This document shows positions 40,713-51,270 of a stretch of 64,000 nucleotides of DNA, one piece after another (the first letter of the stretch is position 1; the number at the start of each line of letters is the position of its first letter). The DNA is from Candidatus Poribacteria bacterium (GTDB lineage Bacteria; Poribacteria; WGA-4E; PCPOR2b): the NCBI GenBank assembly GCA_965218095.1, contig OZ244587.1, positions 416,001 to 480,000 on the forward strand, written 5' to 3'. A program made the translations under genes and the position numbers. The notes beneath the pieces are model-generated. The model ran no database searches and had not been told where the DNA came from. It saw nothing but the letters and a program-made list of their open reading frames with translations.

Positions 40713-41444
40713 TTATCTTGTTGATACATAGCTTTCTTTGATTTCTTGCAGTATTGTTCCTGCTGCCTCACATGGGTCATCTGACGCCGTGATGGGACGC
40801 CCGACCACGATGTAATCCGCGCTAGCGGCGATCGCTTCGGTAGGCGTCATGATCCGTCGTTGATCGTTTGACCTCGCCTGTGCCGGGCGAACGCCGGGCG
40901 TGACAATCAAAAAATCGTCGCCGCAGCCCGCCCGAATCAACTCAATCTCCAATGGCGAGGCAACCACACCATCTAAGCCTGCTTTTTGGGATAACTCTGC
41001 AAGATTAGCTACCCCATCCTTGAGCTTTCGCTGTGTGCCAAAATCGCGCTGAAGACTTGCTTCGTCAATGCTTGTGAGAACCGTTACGCCCAAGAGCGTT
41101 GGCTTGGGAATCCCAAGCTTGGTCGATTTTTCTTCTGCGGCTTCTCTTGCAGCGTGCATCATCTCAAACCCGCCCGAAGCATGCATGTTGATCATATTGG
41201 CGCCGATCATTGTTGCAGAGGCAACTGCGCCGGCGACGGTGTTAGGGATGTCGTGGAATTTGAGGTCCAGGAAAATTTCCTTGTTCGCGTCACGCACCAA
41301 CTTGACGGAGGCGGGACCGGTAGCGGTGAAAAGCTGCTTACCGATTTTGAACCACTTAACGTTGTCGGAGAGCGTTGTGATAAGTTGGTTTGCTGCATTC
41401 AAGTTATCGAAATCTAGGGCGACGATGAGTTTGTTTTTGGGCAT
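40713..41444 (-). CDS. pyrF: Orotidine-5'-phosphate decarboxylase
   Basis: LIVALD, FLDLKFHDIPNT, VTVLTS, TPGVR, VVGRPI. Confidence 0.96.
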   Translation of the reverse strand: MPKNKLIVALDFDNLNAANQLITTLSDNVKWFKIGKQLFTATGPASVKLVRDANKEIFLDLKFHDIPNTVAGAVASATMIGANMINMHASGGFEMMHAAREAAEEKSTKLGIPKPTLLGVTVLTSIDEASLQRDFGTQRKLKDGVANLAELSQKAGLDGVVASPLEIELIRAGCGDDFLIVTPGVRPAQARSNDQRRIMTPTEAIAASADYIVVGRPITASDDPCEAAGTILQEIKESYVSTR

Positions 41445-41480
41445 ATTAAATCCTTTTTCATTACTTGGCCATATCCCGTC

Positions 41481-42206
41481 CTAATCAGCAGGCTTATCCG
41501 GCAACGGTGGCAGAATCTCCAGCCGAACCGGCGCCGTCCCTTTCAGCAGCATCCCAAGCTCAATTGCAGCTTTTCGAGACAGGTCGATAATCCGATCTTT
41601 GACGAACGGGCCCCGATCATTGATTCGCACGATGGTGGATTTTTTATTGTCCAGATTGGTGACGTAGACCTGTATGTTGAATGGGAGTAGTTTGTGCGCC
41701 GCCGTCATTTGGTTCATGTCGTAGATTTCGCCGTTTGCCGTTTTTCGCCCGTGGAATGGTTTACCGTACCACGATGCAATACCGATTTGCGTATTGAAGC
41801 GTCTGATTTCAACCTTTGCCACGCCACTTTCCAACATCTCAAGCATTTTCGCTGCACGCCATGAAACGAGAAGAAGACTATCACTCCTGTGCGAAATGCG
41901 ATCATTGATGCGGAGGACAGCCGTTTTCCCATTGGTGCGGTTCCGCACATGAACGTACGTACCAAATGGAAACGTCCGATGCGCACCGACAAGATTATTA
42001 TAATTGTGGGGTTCGCCGCTCGCTGTTGGTCTACCTTGAAACGATTTGCTTATCCATCTTGCTGCCCCTCGCTCGGTTTTCCCGGCTTGTCCACCGTTGG
42101 CGACGGAAGCCCACCCACAAAGCAGCCCACAGATGATAAGAAGAAAAGCCGGTTGAAACTTGCGTCTATCCATCAAAGGTATCCTCCGGAAGATTGAATT
42201 TGTCAA
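41481..42206 (-). CDS. rlpA: RlpA family lytic transglycosylase with two tandem DPBB domains
   Basis: GAARW..TASGE..AHRT.PFGT..RINDR and [32 protein letters not shown]. Confidence 0.88.
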   Translation of the reverse strand: MTNSIFRRIPLMDRRKFQPAFLLIICGLLCGWASVANGGQAGKTERGAARWISKSFQGRPTASGEPHNYNNLVGAHRTFPFGTYVHVRNRTNGKTAVLRINDRISHRSDSLLLVSWRAAKMLEMLESGVAKVEIRRFNTQIGIASWYGKPFHGRKTANGEIYDMNQMTAAHKLLPFNIQVYVTNLDNKKSTIVRINDRGPFVKDRIIDLSRKAAIELGMLLKGTAPVRLEILPPLPDKPAD

Positions 42207-42403
42207 TGATGCCCTTCAGCATTGTCAAGGTAGTAGCGAGGAATTTTGGGATTCCTTCCATGAACTTTAAGTGGATAAGTGTGTTGACGTTGCGTACCTA
42301 GAATGAGCTCTTTAACTTTGAAAGGGTGTTTACCTCGCTTGGTATTTTCTACCTGAAGCCTATATGTTCTGAGGATTCTCCGTAGCCGATTTAATCTAAG
42401 CAT
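42203..42403 (-). pseudogene. HicA-like toxin, probably truncated
   Basis: Basic ORF MLRLNRLRRILR...RGKH...YPLKVHG overlapping the HicB-like stop codon. Confidence 0.55.
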
Positions 42404-42811
42404 ACTGCAGAGCGAGACCATTCCCTTCTTCGAGGAGTTGCAAAAAAGCTTGTTTTTCTTGATTGTAAACAGTTCGATTCTCTTTTTGCTTTGCTTGATA
42501 CCGTAATCCGTAGAACATCTGCCAATACTGCGGTGGAGAAGGGTTGAAAAACCCTTCTCCACCGGGCAAATCCTCCAGGTATATCAAACAGGTATATCAA
42601 ACAGGTATATCAAACAGGTATATCAAAATCGCCTCCTGAATATCTTCTTTGCATTCCTCCACAGTTTCTCCGGACAATATAATTCCTAAATCTAAACAAC
42701 GGATATAGAAGGCATCAGATTCAGAAGTAATCAGGAAATCGAGCCGAATACTTCTAATACCAGGAAAACTGAACCTGTTAAGGCTTCAATTGGTTTCACT
42801 GAAACGTCCAT
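42396..42811 (-). pseudogene. HicB-like antitoxin disrupted by a frameshift and a 13-bp repeat expansion
   Basis: FYIRCLDLGIILSGETVEECKEDIQEAILIYLED reconstructed by collapsing the repeat; RBS AAAGGA. Confidence 0.7.
42576..42627. repeat. 13-bp tandem repeat CAGGTATATCAAA x4
   Basis: Four perfect head-to-tail copies, no spacers. Confidence 0.95.
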
Positions 42812-42846
42812 TGTTTTATCCTTTCAGAACTCTCGTAATACTGTTA

Positions 42847-44361
42847 TCAGAAATCAACTTCCGCAATCGCTTTACCCTCCAGCACCTGTTCGATAATCTG
42901 TAACGTCTTTTGGTGAGCGGCATCGATTTGCATTTGCTGCAATCTAATCTGCTCATCAATTTCGTTTAGTCTTGCCTCAAATTCGCCCATCATTCGCTTC
43001 ACCTCTGAGGGAGACGTGCCGCCAAGGCTTCGATTCTGGTGGAGGGCGAGGCTTGGATCGAGGATGCGTTGAAGTTGTGGTATGGATAGGTCAATTCCTC
43101 TTGACTGTAGCAGTTTTTGTGTGTCATCCCAATCCCGAAAGGTCTTGCCCATTTTCACCAGATCGACGACGACGCCACCGACGATTTCGTGGCATTTGCG
43201 GAACGGTAGATCATGTTCACAGACGAGGAAATTCGCCAACTCTGTTGCGGCTGCGAAGTTTGCGTTGGCGAGTTCGTCCATCCGATCTGTATTGAATTTG
43301 AGTGTTTCAAGGAGACCGGGCAAAATTTCGAGGCAAGATTGAACCACATCAAATGCCTCCCACAGCGGTGGCTTGTCCTCCTGGAGATCTCGATTATATC
43401 CCATCGGCAGCCCCTTGAGGTTCGTCAGGAGGCCCACGAGAGCTGCATAAACTCGTCCTGTCCGTCCGCGTGTGAGCTCCGCGATGTCAGGGTTCTTCTT
43501 CTGGGGCATGATTGAACTACCCGTCGCATAAGCGTCATCAAGCACTGCAATGTTAAACTCATAAGTCGTCCAGTAAACAAGCTCCTCACTAAGTCTTGAG
43601 AGGGTCGTCATCAGCAGCGCCAGCGCAAAAAGGGTCTCCGCGATAAAATCCCGGGAGCTAATAACGTCCAACGCATGTTCATGCGTTGCATTAAAGCCGA
43701 GCAGTTTGGTTGTCAAGCCTCGATCGATTGAGAAGGAGGTCCCCGCAAGGGCACACGCGCCAAGTGGATTTACGTTGGCAAGTTCGTAGGCTGCGTTCAA
43801 CCGTTTCTGATCACGGAGGAACATGCTCACGTAAGCTGTCGCCCAAAAGCCGAGGCTGATTGGCTGCGCGTGCTGTGTGTGCGTATAGCCCGGCATCACC
43901 GTCTCGGTGTGCGCTTGCGCAATCGAAAGAAAGGCACGGCACAAACCCGATAAGCCCAATTGCGTATTGAGGATCTGTTCGCGGATATAGAGATGCGCAT
44001 CAACAAGCACCTGATCATTTCGAGAGCGGGCAGTGTGAAGTTTTCCGCCATACTCACTCCCCGCGCCTTCGATGAGGTAAGACTCCACATTCATGTGAAC
44101 ATCTTCCTTCTCAGGCTTGAGGACAAACTTGCCATCGCGAAAATCCGCTTCAGCTTTGCCCAGCCAGGGCAAGATCTGCCGGAGGTCGTCGTCGGAGATG
44201 ATTCCTTGTCGCGTCAACATAATTGCGTGTGCTTGGCTTCCCCAGATGTCGTGTGCAACCATCCGGCAATCGACCACAATGGATTGTGTAAAGTCCTCAG
44301 TTTCAGTTGACAGCTCGGAGCGAAAACGTCCGCCCCAGAGTTTCGTAGGAGTTTTCAACAT
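42847..44361 (-). CDS. argH: Argininosuccinate lyase
   Basis: KLWGGRF, LHTARSRNDQ, PGYTH, GSSIMPQKKNPD, YNRDLQEDK. Confidence 0.97.
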   Translation of the reverse strand: MLKTPTKLWGGRFRSELSTETEDFTQSIVVDCRMVAHDIWGSQAHAIMLTRQGIISDDDLRQILPWLGKAEADFRDGKFVLKPEKEDVHMNVESYLIEGAGSEYGGKLHTARSRNDQVLVDAHLYIREQILNTQLGLSGLCRAFLSIAQAHTETVMPGYTHTQHAQPISLGFWATAYVSMFLRDQKRLNAAYELANVNPLGACALAGTSFSIDRGLTTKLLGFNATHEHALDVISSRDFIAETLFALALLMTTLSRLSEELVYWTTYEFNIAVLDDAYATGSSIMPQKKNPDIAELTRGRTGRVYAALVGLLTNLKGLPMGYNRDLQEDKPPLWEAFDVVQSCLEILPGLLETLKFNTDRMDELANANFAAATELANFLVCEHDLPFRKCHEIVGGVVVDLVKMGKTFRDWDDTQKLLQSRGIDLSIPQLQRILDPSLALHQNRSLGGTSPSEVKRMMGEFEARLNEIDEQIRLQQMQIDAAHQKTLQIIEQVLEGKAIAEVDF

Positions 44362-44435
44362 TAGACAATTCCAGAAGGTGGGAAGTTTTGGAAATCCATA
44401 AAATCCTTTGCCTTCAAGGCATAAAATCAGGGTGT

Positions 44436-44465
44436 ATTATAGCACGAAGGGGTTTCGCTTGACAA
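44436..44465 (-). promoter_or_regulatory. Sigma70-type promoter for argH
   Basis: Minus strand TTGTCA-18 bp-TATAAT with extended TGn. Confidence 0.55.
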
Positions 44466-44508
44466 GTGGCGATTATACCCATTCCTTCGGGATAATCACG
44501 CTTGTCTA

Positions 44509-44850
44509 GTTAATGACGAAACGCCGAAAGGAATCAAGGCATGGCTGGAGCTGATTGCGGACTCATTGAACGATGAGATTGATGAAACGCGCTACAGATC
44601 GCCGATCTTCCACAGAGTCATTGATGCCATCGAACTAGATAACGTTTCTCCAGAGGAACTGTACCAGATTAAGGATGAAGCAGTTTAGGACGATGCCCTC
44701 AAAGAGGAGCGTGAGGAAGGACGCGAAGAAGGACTTCAACAAGGGAAAGCGCAGATTGCCCTCTCACTCCTGCAGAAAAGAGTGGACATTGACCCGATTT
44801 CAAGAACAACAGGGTTCAATCGAGAGGAGATAGATCAACTCCGGCAGGCA
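44509..44850 (+). pseudogene. Rpn / PD-(D/E)xK nuclease-transposase family C-terminal remnant
   Basis: ..WLELIADSL...KDEAV*DDALKEEREEGREEGLQQGKAQIALSLL...I..ISRTTG..REEI. Confidence 0.7.
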
Positions 44851-45066
44851 AGGATAACTAATCTCCGGTTCCCTATCCCGAAGGAAAATCTTTCTAGGAT
44901 GCTTGGGCACCAACGCCCGTTATTGGCCAGGTGGGTAGGTAACTGAACAAAATAAGCAACATGTTATTGGACAATATAAAAATGGGTAGAAATCAAAGGA
45001 ATCTTTCTGGCTTCTGCCCACCTGCTCACTTGCTCCCCCCGATAGATCGGGGCAGGCTCTGCCCAC

Positions 45067-45486
45067 TCACTTGAGCCTGCCTTCCTCCGCTTCGATGAGG
45101 TCAAACCACGAACGCAGATCCGGGCGATTCGGAGCAACCTTCTGTCGAACCTCCTCAAAGTAGGCGCGTTTTTCTTCATTGTCGGAACCAAGTTGGCTGA
45201 TTCGCTCATTAAATCCTCCAGCTTCAGCCGCATTGCGTGGTGTTTGATTGGCTTTGACCCACTCGATGACTCCATCATCAGTCACGTCGGGCTCGACAAA
45301 GGCAAGAAAATCCTCCGCGTTGATTTCCAAAAATTCAAATAGAACTTGATCTAGAGGGCAGTCGTAGATATATTCTCCAAGCGCGTTTTGGTGTTTGGCA
45401 CGCGCTTTGTCACTTGTCTTGCCCAACATCATGTATCCCCCAACTTTTTCATAGGGGCTGCGTGGATACTGTTTTGTTAAATCCAT
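45067..45486 (-). CDS. DUF5069 domain protein
   Basis: DLTKQYPRSP, DKARA, GEYIYDCPLD, WFDLI..EEGR; RBS AGGAGG. Confidence 0.8.
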   Translation of the reverse strand: MDLTKQYPRSPYEKVGGYMMLGKTSDKARAKHQNALGEYIYDCPLDQVLFEFLEINAEDFLAFVEPDVTDDGVIEWVKANQTPRNAAEAGGFNERISQLGSDNEEKRAYFEEVRQKVAPNRPDLRSWFDLIEAEEGRLK

Positions 45487-45907
45487 TGCGTTCCCTCCTT
45501 AGATCAACGGTAGATGTTAGGTTACTACCAGTGCTTCTACTTACCTGAATTGCTCAGGGGCATTGTGGATAAATCTACGTGGCTTGATGCAGATGGGATA
45601 CCACCCACCACCTGTCTGTATTTACACTACCACACGCCACCGGTGGTAGATATACATTAACATGTGAATTGCAGAATTGAGCTTCCTTGTGATCCCCTTT
45701 TGGTAGCCAATCAAGACAAAAGGAGTGCCAAGATGGAAGCTCATCAGATATTTTGCCACAATTTACCCATCAGTTTATGTCTCAAGGTGTTATTTGGATA
45801 ATTCATATTCCTCCTTTATCGCGGGCGTTAATGCACTATCACGAAGCGTCCGTAGAATGGCTTCATGAGCTGTACGTTTTTGTTCGCTCATTATTTTTCT
45901 CTGAACG

Positions 45908-47455
45908 CTATTGATCATCAAGTTCCAGGATTTCATCCACCATGCCCTCCTCTCCGAGGCAGAACAGGTAATTCTTCGATCCAACATACAACTTTCCATT
46001 GGCGATAGCAGGCGAAGAGTAAATCGGTTCACCCTTAGCAATCCTGTCCGTATCGAACTGCCATATCACATTTCCGCCAGCAATGTCGATGCTGTAGATG
46101 ACGCCGTTATCTGCGCCGACATACACCGAATTCTCCGTGACGGCCGGTGAGGACACAATCGGATTTCCGATACGAGATTTCCAGTAGAGTTCACCGTTAA
46201 CGGCGTTTAGTACGTAAACATGTCCATCTCGCGATCCAAAATAGACAAACCTGTTCTGATAGGCAACCGCTGTGAGGACGGAATCTCCCGCTTCATACGT
46301 CCAAATCTGTTTGCCTGTTTTGGCATTAACCGCGATGACCCGTCCTTTCGGTTCGTCAGCACTCTGGACGAAATTCCCATTGCCAAGACCAAAATAGACT
46401 ATATTTTCGCTTGCGCTCGGACTTCCCCAGGCGGGATAATCCACCCGTTTTGACCAAATCTCTTTACCGTCATTCGCATCAAGCGCGTAGATGTGATACT
46501 TGCCATAACCGGCGCCGAAGTAGACAATTCCCTTCCATACGGCCGGCGACATGTCTACGTGAATCAATGGATAGTGCCAGACCTTCTTCCCCTCAAGTGC
46601 ATCAACACAGTAAACTCCATCGTTCCCTGCACCGAAGTAGACCTTCCCTTGACTGACAAAAGGACTCGATTCCACATGGCTAGCCGTTTGGAAATCCCAA
46701 ATCACGCTCCCATCACTAGCATTGAGACAATGGAGGCTACAACCGGCGTCTTGGTGAAATCCCTCGCCAACATAAACGCGTCCACCAACAACGGTCGGTG
46801 AGGAGAAGATCTGAACCGGCGTACGATACTGCCAGAGGACATTCCCACTGTTTGCGTCGAGACAGTAGACTGCACCGCTGCTGGAAAAGAAAGATCCTTG
46901 CGCGGAGGCAATATAAACCCGATCGCCGACGACAGCGGGCGAGGAAGAGAAGTCTACTACGACTTCGCCCGTCTCTTTGAAGAACCACGAGGCTTTGGCG
47001 CTCATCGGCCCAGGGAGATTATCGAGATGTCCCGTTCGCGTGATACCCCCTCGAAACGCGGACCAAGCATGCTGCGAGAGCTTGGAGGACATCGATTGCG
47101 TCGACGGACGGATGTTTGTCGAGGTCTTGACATATGGCTGACTTGACTGGACGACTTGATAGGCGATCCAGGCAAGCCCGCCGACAACGACGAGCACAAT
47201 TATCGATGCAATTGCCTTGTGGTGGGAAATGGATTCGCGGATACGGAAGATCAACGCCTTCAGAGAATCACGTGCAAACACAAACGCGGTTAAAATGGCA
47301 ATGCCGACAAACGCTAGAATCTGGGGAATAATACTGAGTAACGCCGAAAGCGGTCCTAAGAGTTGGGGGATAACAGCGTGGGCAGTTGTCGCTGTGTTGA
47401 AGGCGACACATAAAAATATCAGCACCAAAATTGAGGGATTTCCTTTTCTCATCAT
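45908..47455 (-). CDS. Membrane-anchored PQQ-like (BamB-type) beta-propeller repeat protein
   Basis: N-terminal hydrophobic helices, then about 8 'SSP.V....VY.G...VY.LDA..G...W' repeats. Confidence 0.88.
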   Translation of the reverse strand: MMRKGNPSILVLIFLCVAFNTATTAHAVIPQLLGPLSALLSIIPQILAFVGIAILTAFVFARDSLKALIFRIRESISHHKAIASIIVLVVVGGLAWIAYQVVQSSQPYVKTSTNIRPSTQSMSSKLSQHAWSAFRGGITRTGHLDNLPGPMSAKASWFFKETGEVVVDFSSSPAVVGDRVYIASAQGSFFSSSGAVYCLDANSGNVLWQYRTPVQIFSSPTVVGGRVYVGEGFHQDAGCSLHCLNASDGSVIWDFQTASHVESSPFVSQGKVYFGAGNDGVYCVDALEGKKVWHYPLIHVDMSPAVWKGIVYFGAGYGKYHIYALDANDGKEIWSKRVDYPAWGSPSASENIVYFGLGNGNFVQSADEPKGRVIAVNAKTGKQIWTYEAGDSVLTAVAYQNRFVYFGSRDGHVYVLNAVNGELYWKSRIGNPIVSSPAVTENSVYVGADNGVIYSIDIAGGNVIWQFDTDRIAKGEPIYSSPAIANGKLYVGSKNYLFCLGEEGMVDEILELDDQ

Positions 47456-47503
47456 GACTTCCTCCTTAGCAAAACCGGTTGGGCGCTCCTTAATCTTGTT
47501 TTT

Positions 47504-48700
47504 CTACGATCTTTCATTCAGCCATTTGACGGCGAAATGGATCAGGTTCTCCATCATCGGGTGGTTGACAAAGACATTTGCGCTCGTTTTGTTTTGGAAA
47601 CTTGTGATGAGGTACATCCCTTTGCCGTGTTCCAACAGCGCGAAGGCAATCTCCTTTCCACCGTTTGTGGTGGCAAGAATTGTGTATCTATCGTTCCAAT
47701 CCGTCCATGTGTCATCGATGAAAACATCGCCGGATTGGATCTGATTCGGCTTGCTGAACAGTATGCCGGCTGCATGTGTTGGCTGGAAATCGCTGCGTCC
47801 CCATTGTTCCACACCCTTCATTGGCTCGGGAATCCAGCCGGTGGCACATGGCCGATCATCGTCGCTGTCTTGCCCTGAGACGATAACCACGCCGCCACGC
47901 CTAACAAAAGCTTTGATCTTGTTTTCCTGTTCGGTTGTCAGAAGATATTTCTCATCACTGATCGCCCCGTGTCCAATCCAAAGAATATCTGTGTGAGGGA
48001 GGTCCGGCAGGTTCCGATCTTTTGTCCTCTGGTAAATCACCTGGCGTTCCCTGACCTGATTAAAGGCAGAAAGAACGGAAAATTCGACATCGTGGCGATT
48101 ACGGGCAAGGATGAGAATACGCACCGCACCAGGCGGGGCTTGCGCGAGGATTTGTGCCTTTGAGGATTTTATATTTATGGGACTGGTTTTTTCGGCGAGG
48201 GTATTCCGCAAGAGCCTCTGAAAGTCGGGCGTTGAACCATTGTAGGTTCGGTGCATATAGATCTCAATATGGGTAAAATTCCACCAAACCTTGCTCTTGT
48301 CCTGTTGATCGTGCGCATGGGTTTGAAACCAGGCCCCGTTAACGTGTCCAAGACTATTAATCCGGGGCCCCTGTTTTGCGTAAAAGATAACAATCGGTAG
48401 ACTCATCTCAAACCGCTTAATCATCTTTTGCGGGAAATTGCCCTGCCCAAAAGCGAGGTTGATTTTGATCTCCTGGAAGTCGCTTTTGCCTTTGAGGTTT
48501 TCCTCGACTTTCACTTTGACGGTCAAACGCTTTTGATTGACCGAAGTCACGATGCCGAAGACAACGTTGGTGCATTCATTTAGAACCTCTTGCAAAGTAT
48601 AACGTTTCTCGATGAATGCTTGGGCGTGAAAGCTGGAAATCAATAGACAGCAAGGGCAAAATAGTCCAATAAAAGAATACAGCGAAGTCATTTTTCTCAT
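47504..48700 (-). CDS. Secreted hypothetical protein, C-terminal class I GATase-like fold possible
   Basis: Signal peptide; 'IKAFVRRGGVVIV', 'HGKGMYLIT', 'MENLIHFA'. Confidence 0.7.
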   Translation of the reverse strand: MRKMTSLYSFIGLFCPCCLLISSFHAQAFIEKRYTLQEVLNECTNVVFGIVTSVNQKRLTVKVKVEENLKGKSDFQEIKINLAFGQGNFPQKMIKRFEMSLPIVIFYAKQGPRINSLGHVNGAWFQTHAHDQQDKSKVWWNFTHIEIYMHRTYNGSTPDFQRLLRNTLAEKTSPINIKSSKAQILAQAPPGAVRILILARNRHDVEFSVLSAFNQVRERQVIYQRTKDRNLPDLPHTDILWIGHGAISDEKYLLTTEQENKIKAFVRRGGVVIVSGQDSDDDRPCATGWIPEPMKGVEQWGRSDFQPTHAAGILFSKPNQIQSGDVFIDDTWTDWNDRYTILATTNGGKEIAFALLEHGKGMYLITSFQNKTSANVFVNHPMMENLIHFAVKWLNERS

Positions 48701-48759
48701 AGACCATCAACTCCTTAACATGAAAGGTGCCGAACCTTTCAAAGGTTTCAGCCGACTAC

Positions 48760-49520
48760 TTAGTTGTTTAAGATTTCCAAAACAAGGGAGTGCAGATTCT
48801 TAGTTGCAGCGACACAAGAATCTCCTCGCGAGGCGTCACCACCATCCCAGGAAGTAATGATCCCACTTGCACCTTGAATAATCGGAATAACAGGAAGGAT
48901 ATCCCACGGATTCATGACCGGGTCCAACATGATGTCCGCCCAGCCAGATGCAAGCAACAAGTAACCGTAACAATCTCCCCATGTACGAAACAGTTTCGTT
49001 TCCCGAAGCAAATTCTCAAATCCCTCTCTTTCTTGGTATTTGGCAATAGCCGAAATATCTGTTGCCAACAAGGTCGCCTCAGAGAGCCTGTCCATTTCCC
49101 GCATCTGCACTAGATCTCCGTTGACGGTGGTTTGATTGTTATCCCCGATGCATAATAGATCTAAGATGGGTTGATTAATCGCGCCCAGGATGGGTTGTCC
49201 TTCATGAAGCAAACAGATCAGCGTACCAAAAACGGACATCCACTTGCGAACGATATTGTGCCGTCTATCGGATCAAGCACCCAAACAAACTCGGCGACCT
49301 CATTTTCGATCCCAAACTCCTCTCCGATGATGCCGTGGCTCGGAAATTCTTTTCGGATCAGACGACGCATTACTTCTTCCGCACCTCGATCTGCCAGGGT
49401 TACAGGTGTGCCATCCGCCTTCGCTTCAACTTCAAGGTTGACGGCAGCGAAATAAGGCTTAATCACTTGAGCGCTTTCATCCGCAAGTTTGCGCATAAAG
49501 GTGATAAATTCTCCTTTCAC
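48760..49520 (-). pseudogene. Inositol monophosphatase / histidinol-phosphatase (HisN-like), single frameshift
   Basis: TPVTLADR, GEE, WVLDPIDGT..F.SG / FGTLI, GDCYGY, WD; -1 shift in a T-run near 49230 (real lesion or sequencing error). Confidence 0.8.
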
Positions 49521-49533
49521 GACTATCACCCTT

Positions 49534-50487
49534 TCAAAACCTAATCTCAAAGGAGGTATATTCCCCGCCAAGTGGACGTTCTTTGACTTTGACATCTTTG
49601 ACTTTGGCAGCGGAGGGACCTTTCCGCAGGATGGTCACAAACTGGTCGAGTATCGCTTTATCCCCTTCGGCGACAACCTCAACTTTACCGTTGAGCAGGT
49701 TCTTCGCATAACCGTGAATGCCCAATTTCGTCGCATTTTGTTGGGTGAAATAACGGAATCCAACCCCCTGGACTTTTCCGCTGATGAGAATATAGCGTTG
49801 CATCTTCTGGTTTACCTCAATCGTAACTTTTACAGGAGTACCGAGTGGTGGGAGCAACTGTTCGTTCCTCTTATAGATGTTTTCTTTGGCAGAAAGTGGG
49901 TTTTGAAATAACGCGCTGCCGTCGACATAGTTGAGGGCAATGATGTCGTTACCCACGAATGCCTGGGGAATCATCGCCTCCTCATCCTCGCTGTCAAGAT
50001 CGGGAATCTCTCGCGATCCGGAAAAGACCCACGCGACATGTTGCATTGGCTTTTGGGTCTGCTTGTCGTAGAGGAGATCTTCACCCCGGACTCTTTTCGT
50101 TTCACCGCTTGCCTCCCATTCGACGAACACTACGACGCTTGTCCCTGTCGCGCCAATCATTTCATCCTTCTCTTCGTCATACATGGGGGGTATCCCCCTT
50201 TCGACGCCGAGTTTGAGTATTGCGTCGTGAATTTCCTTGGCGGGACTATCGACGACGATAATGCTTTCGTATTCTTTTCCCCCTCGCCCACAAAGGAGGT
50301 ATTCCACAGCGCCCTGTAGATGCTCATCATAGGCGCCGAGGGCTTTGGAGATCTCTCCGGTCACCACAATCTTTTTTTCCCCTTCAAGGACTTGGAGGGC
50401 TTCCTCTGCCTGGCATGTCGCCACGAAAATGAAACTTACCACGATTAGACGGATGAAAAGGGAAATGTGTTGAAACCTGAGTATCAT
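49534..50487 (-). CDS. Secreted YdjY-domain protein fused to acylphosphatase
   Basis: Signal peptide; VEYLLC...KEYES..IH.A...LG (YdjY-like); C-terminal ISGKVQGVGFR...GYAKN..GKVEVVAEG..GPSAA.V..F.IR. Confidence 0.8.
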   Translation of the reverse strand: MILRFQHISLFIRLIVVSFIFVATCQAEEALQVLEGEKKIVVTGEISKALGAYDEHLQGAVEYLLCGRGGKEYESIIVVDSPAKEIHDAILKLGVERGIPPMYDEEKDEMIGATGTSVVVFVEWEASGETKRVRGEDLLYDKQTQKPMQHVAWVFSGSREIPDLDSEDEEAMIPQAFVGNDIIALNYVDGSALFQNPLSAKENIYKRNEQLLPPLGTPVKVTIEVNQKMQRYILISGKVQGVGFRYFTQQNATKLGIHGYAKNLLNGKVEVVAEGDKAILDQFVTILRKGPSAAKVKDVKVKERPLGGEYTSFEIRF

Positions 50488-50570
50488 CAGTTTTTCCTCC
50501 TGCTGGTTTGAAAATCGTAACACACAGATATTGTACATCTGTTAAGATTCTGTTAATTTTTGACGGGTTC

Positions 50571-51206
50571 CTACTGCTTTTCGATTACCGCTCGCAGCAT
50601 CTCTTTTGCGCCTGATAAAATCGGCGAACCGTGCGAGACGAAGATCTGATCAAAGTCGTGATTAAGCAATTTTCGATAGGATTGGGCGGCAAGTTTTTTA
50701 TCTTTCATGACCCATTTGTGCATGGTACCAAGACCTTCGGGGAATCCGAGCAGCCGCGTGAGAAGCCCACGTTGGCGCGGCTGTAAATTCATCAGGGCGT
50801 CGCCGACAATCAACACGCCCCGCTCATGCCAGAAAATTGTTTCTCCTGTTGTTGTCCCGGGCATTCCAATGGTTGTCAGTTTGCCCGGCAATGTTTCACC
50901 ATCACCAAAAGCGTCATCAACAGCGATGCCGAATTTGGGGATGCCTTCACGATTCGCAAGGATCTTCGCGTTGTATCGCTTGCGATAATCCTCTGAATCT
51001 CTGACATGGTTCTCTCCGGCGATGAGAATATATGTCGGCGTCCCGAGCACTTCAAGCTCCTGAGTTTGCGATTCAGGCAAAGCAAAGGGATCGATTAGCA
51101 CGATTTCGTCCTCCGCTTTGATGATGTGCATTGCACTTGTTAGCTTCAGGGGAGTCAATTTAGTTGTGGCCTGGTAGATATTGGGGAGTAGTTCTTTCAT
51201 CGTCAT
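50571..51206 (-). CDS. MBL-fold hydrolase-like protein
   Basis: VLIDP, degenerate NHVRD, LIVGDAL, VSHG. Confidence 0.75.
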   Translation of the reverse strand: MTMKELLPNIYQATTKLTPLKLTSAMHIIKAEDEIVLIDPFALPESQTQELEVLGTPTYILIAGENHVRDSEDYRKRYNAKILANREGIPKFGIAVDDAFGDGETLPGKLTTIGMPGTTTGETIFWHERGVLIVGDALMNLQPRQRGLLTRLLGFPEGLGTMHKWVMKDKKLAAQSYRKLLNHDFDQIFVSHGSPILSGAKEMLRAVIEKQ

Positions 51207-51270
51207 GTCTTCTTACTTCAACTTAGTTGAGTGACTTGGGAGTTAACGCTTGATGGTAGCATGGGTTCCA

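Noticed and set aside
42576-42627. Possible CRISPR array
   Set aside because: 13-bp units are head-to-tail with no spacers, and no cas genes are in the window.
45490-45790. Possible riboswitch upstream of the DUF5069 gene
   Set aside because: Only short hairpins; no recognisable aptamer consensus.
48760-49595. Programmed frameshift in the HisN-like gene
   Set aside because: A single-base loss in a short T-run with no evident stimulatory signal; mutation or sequencing error is simpler.
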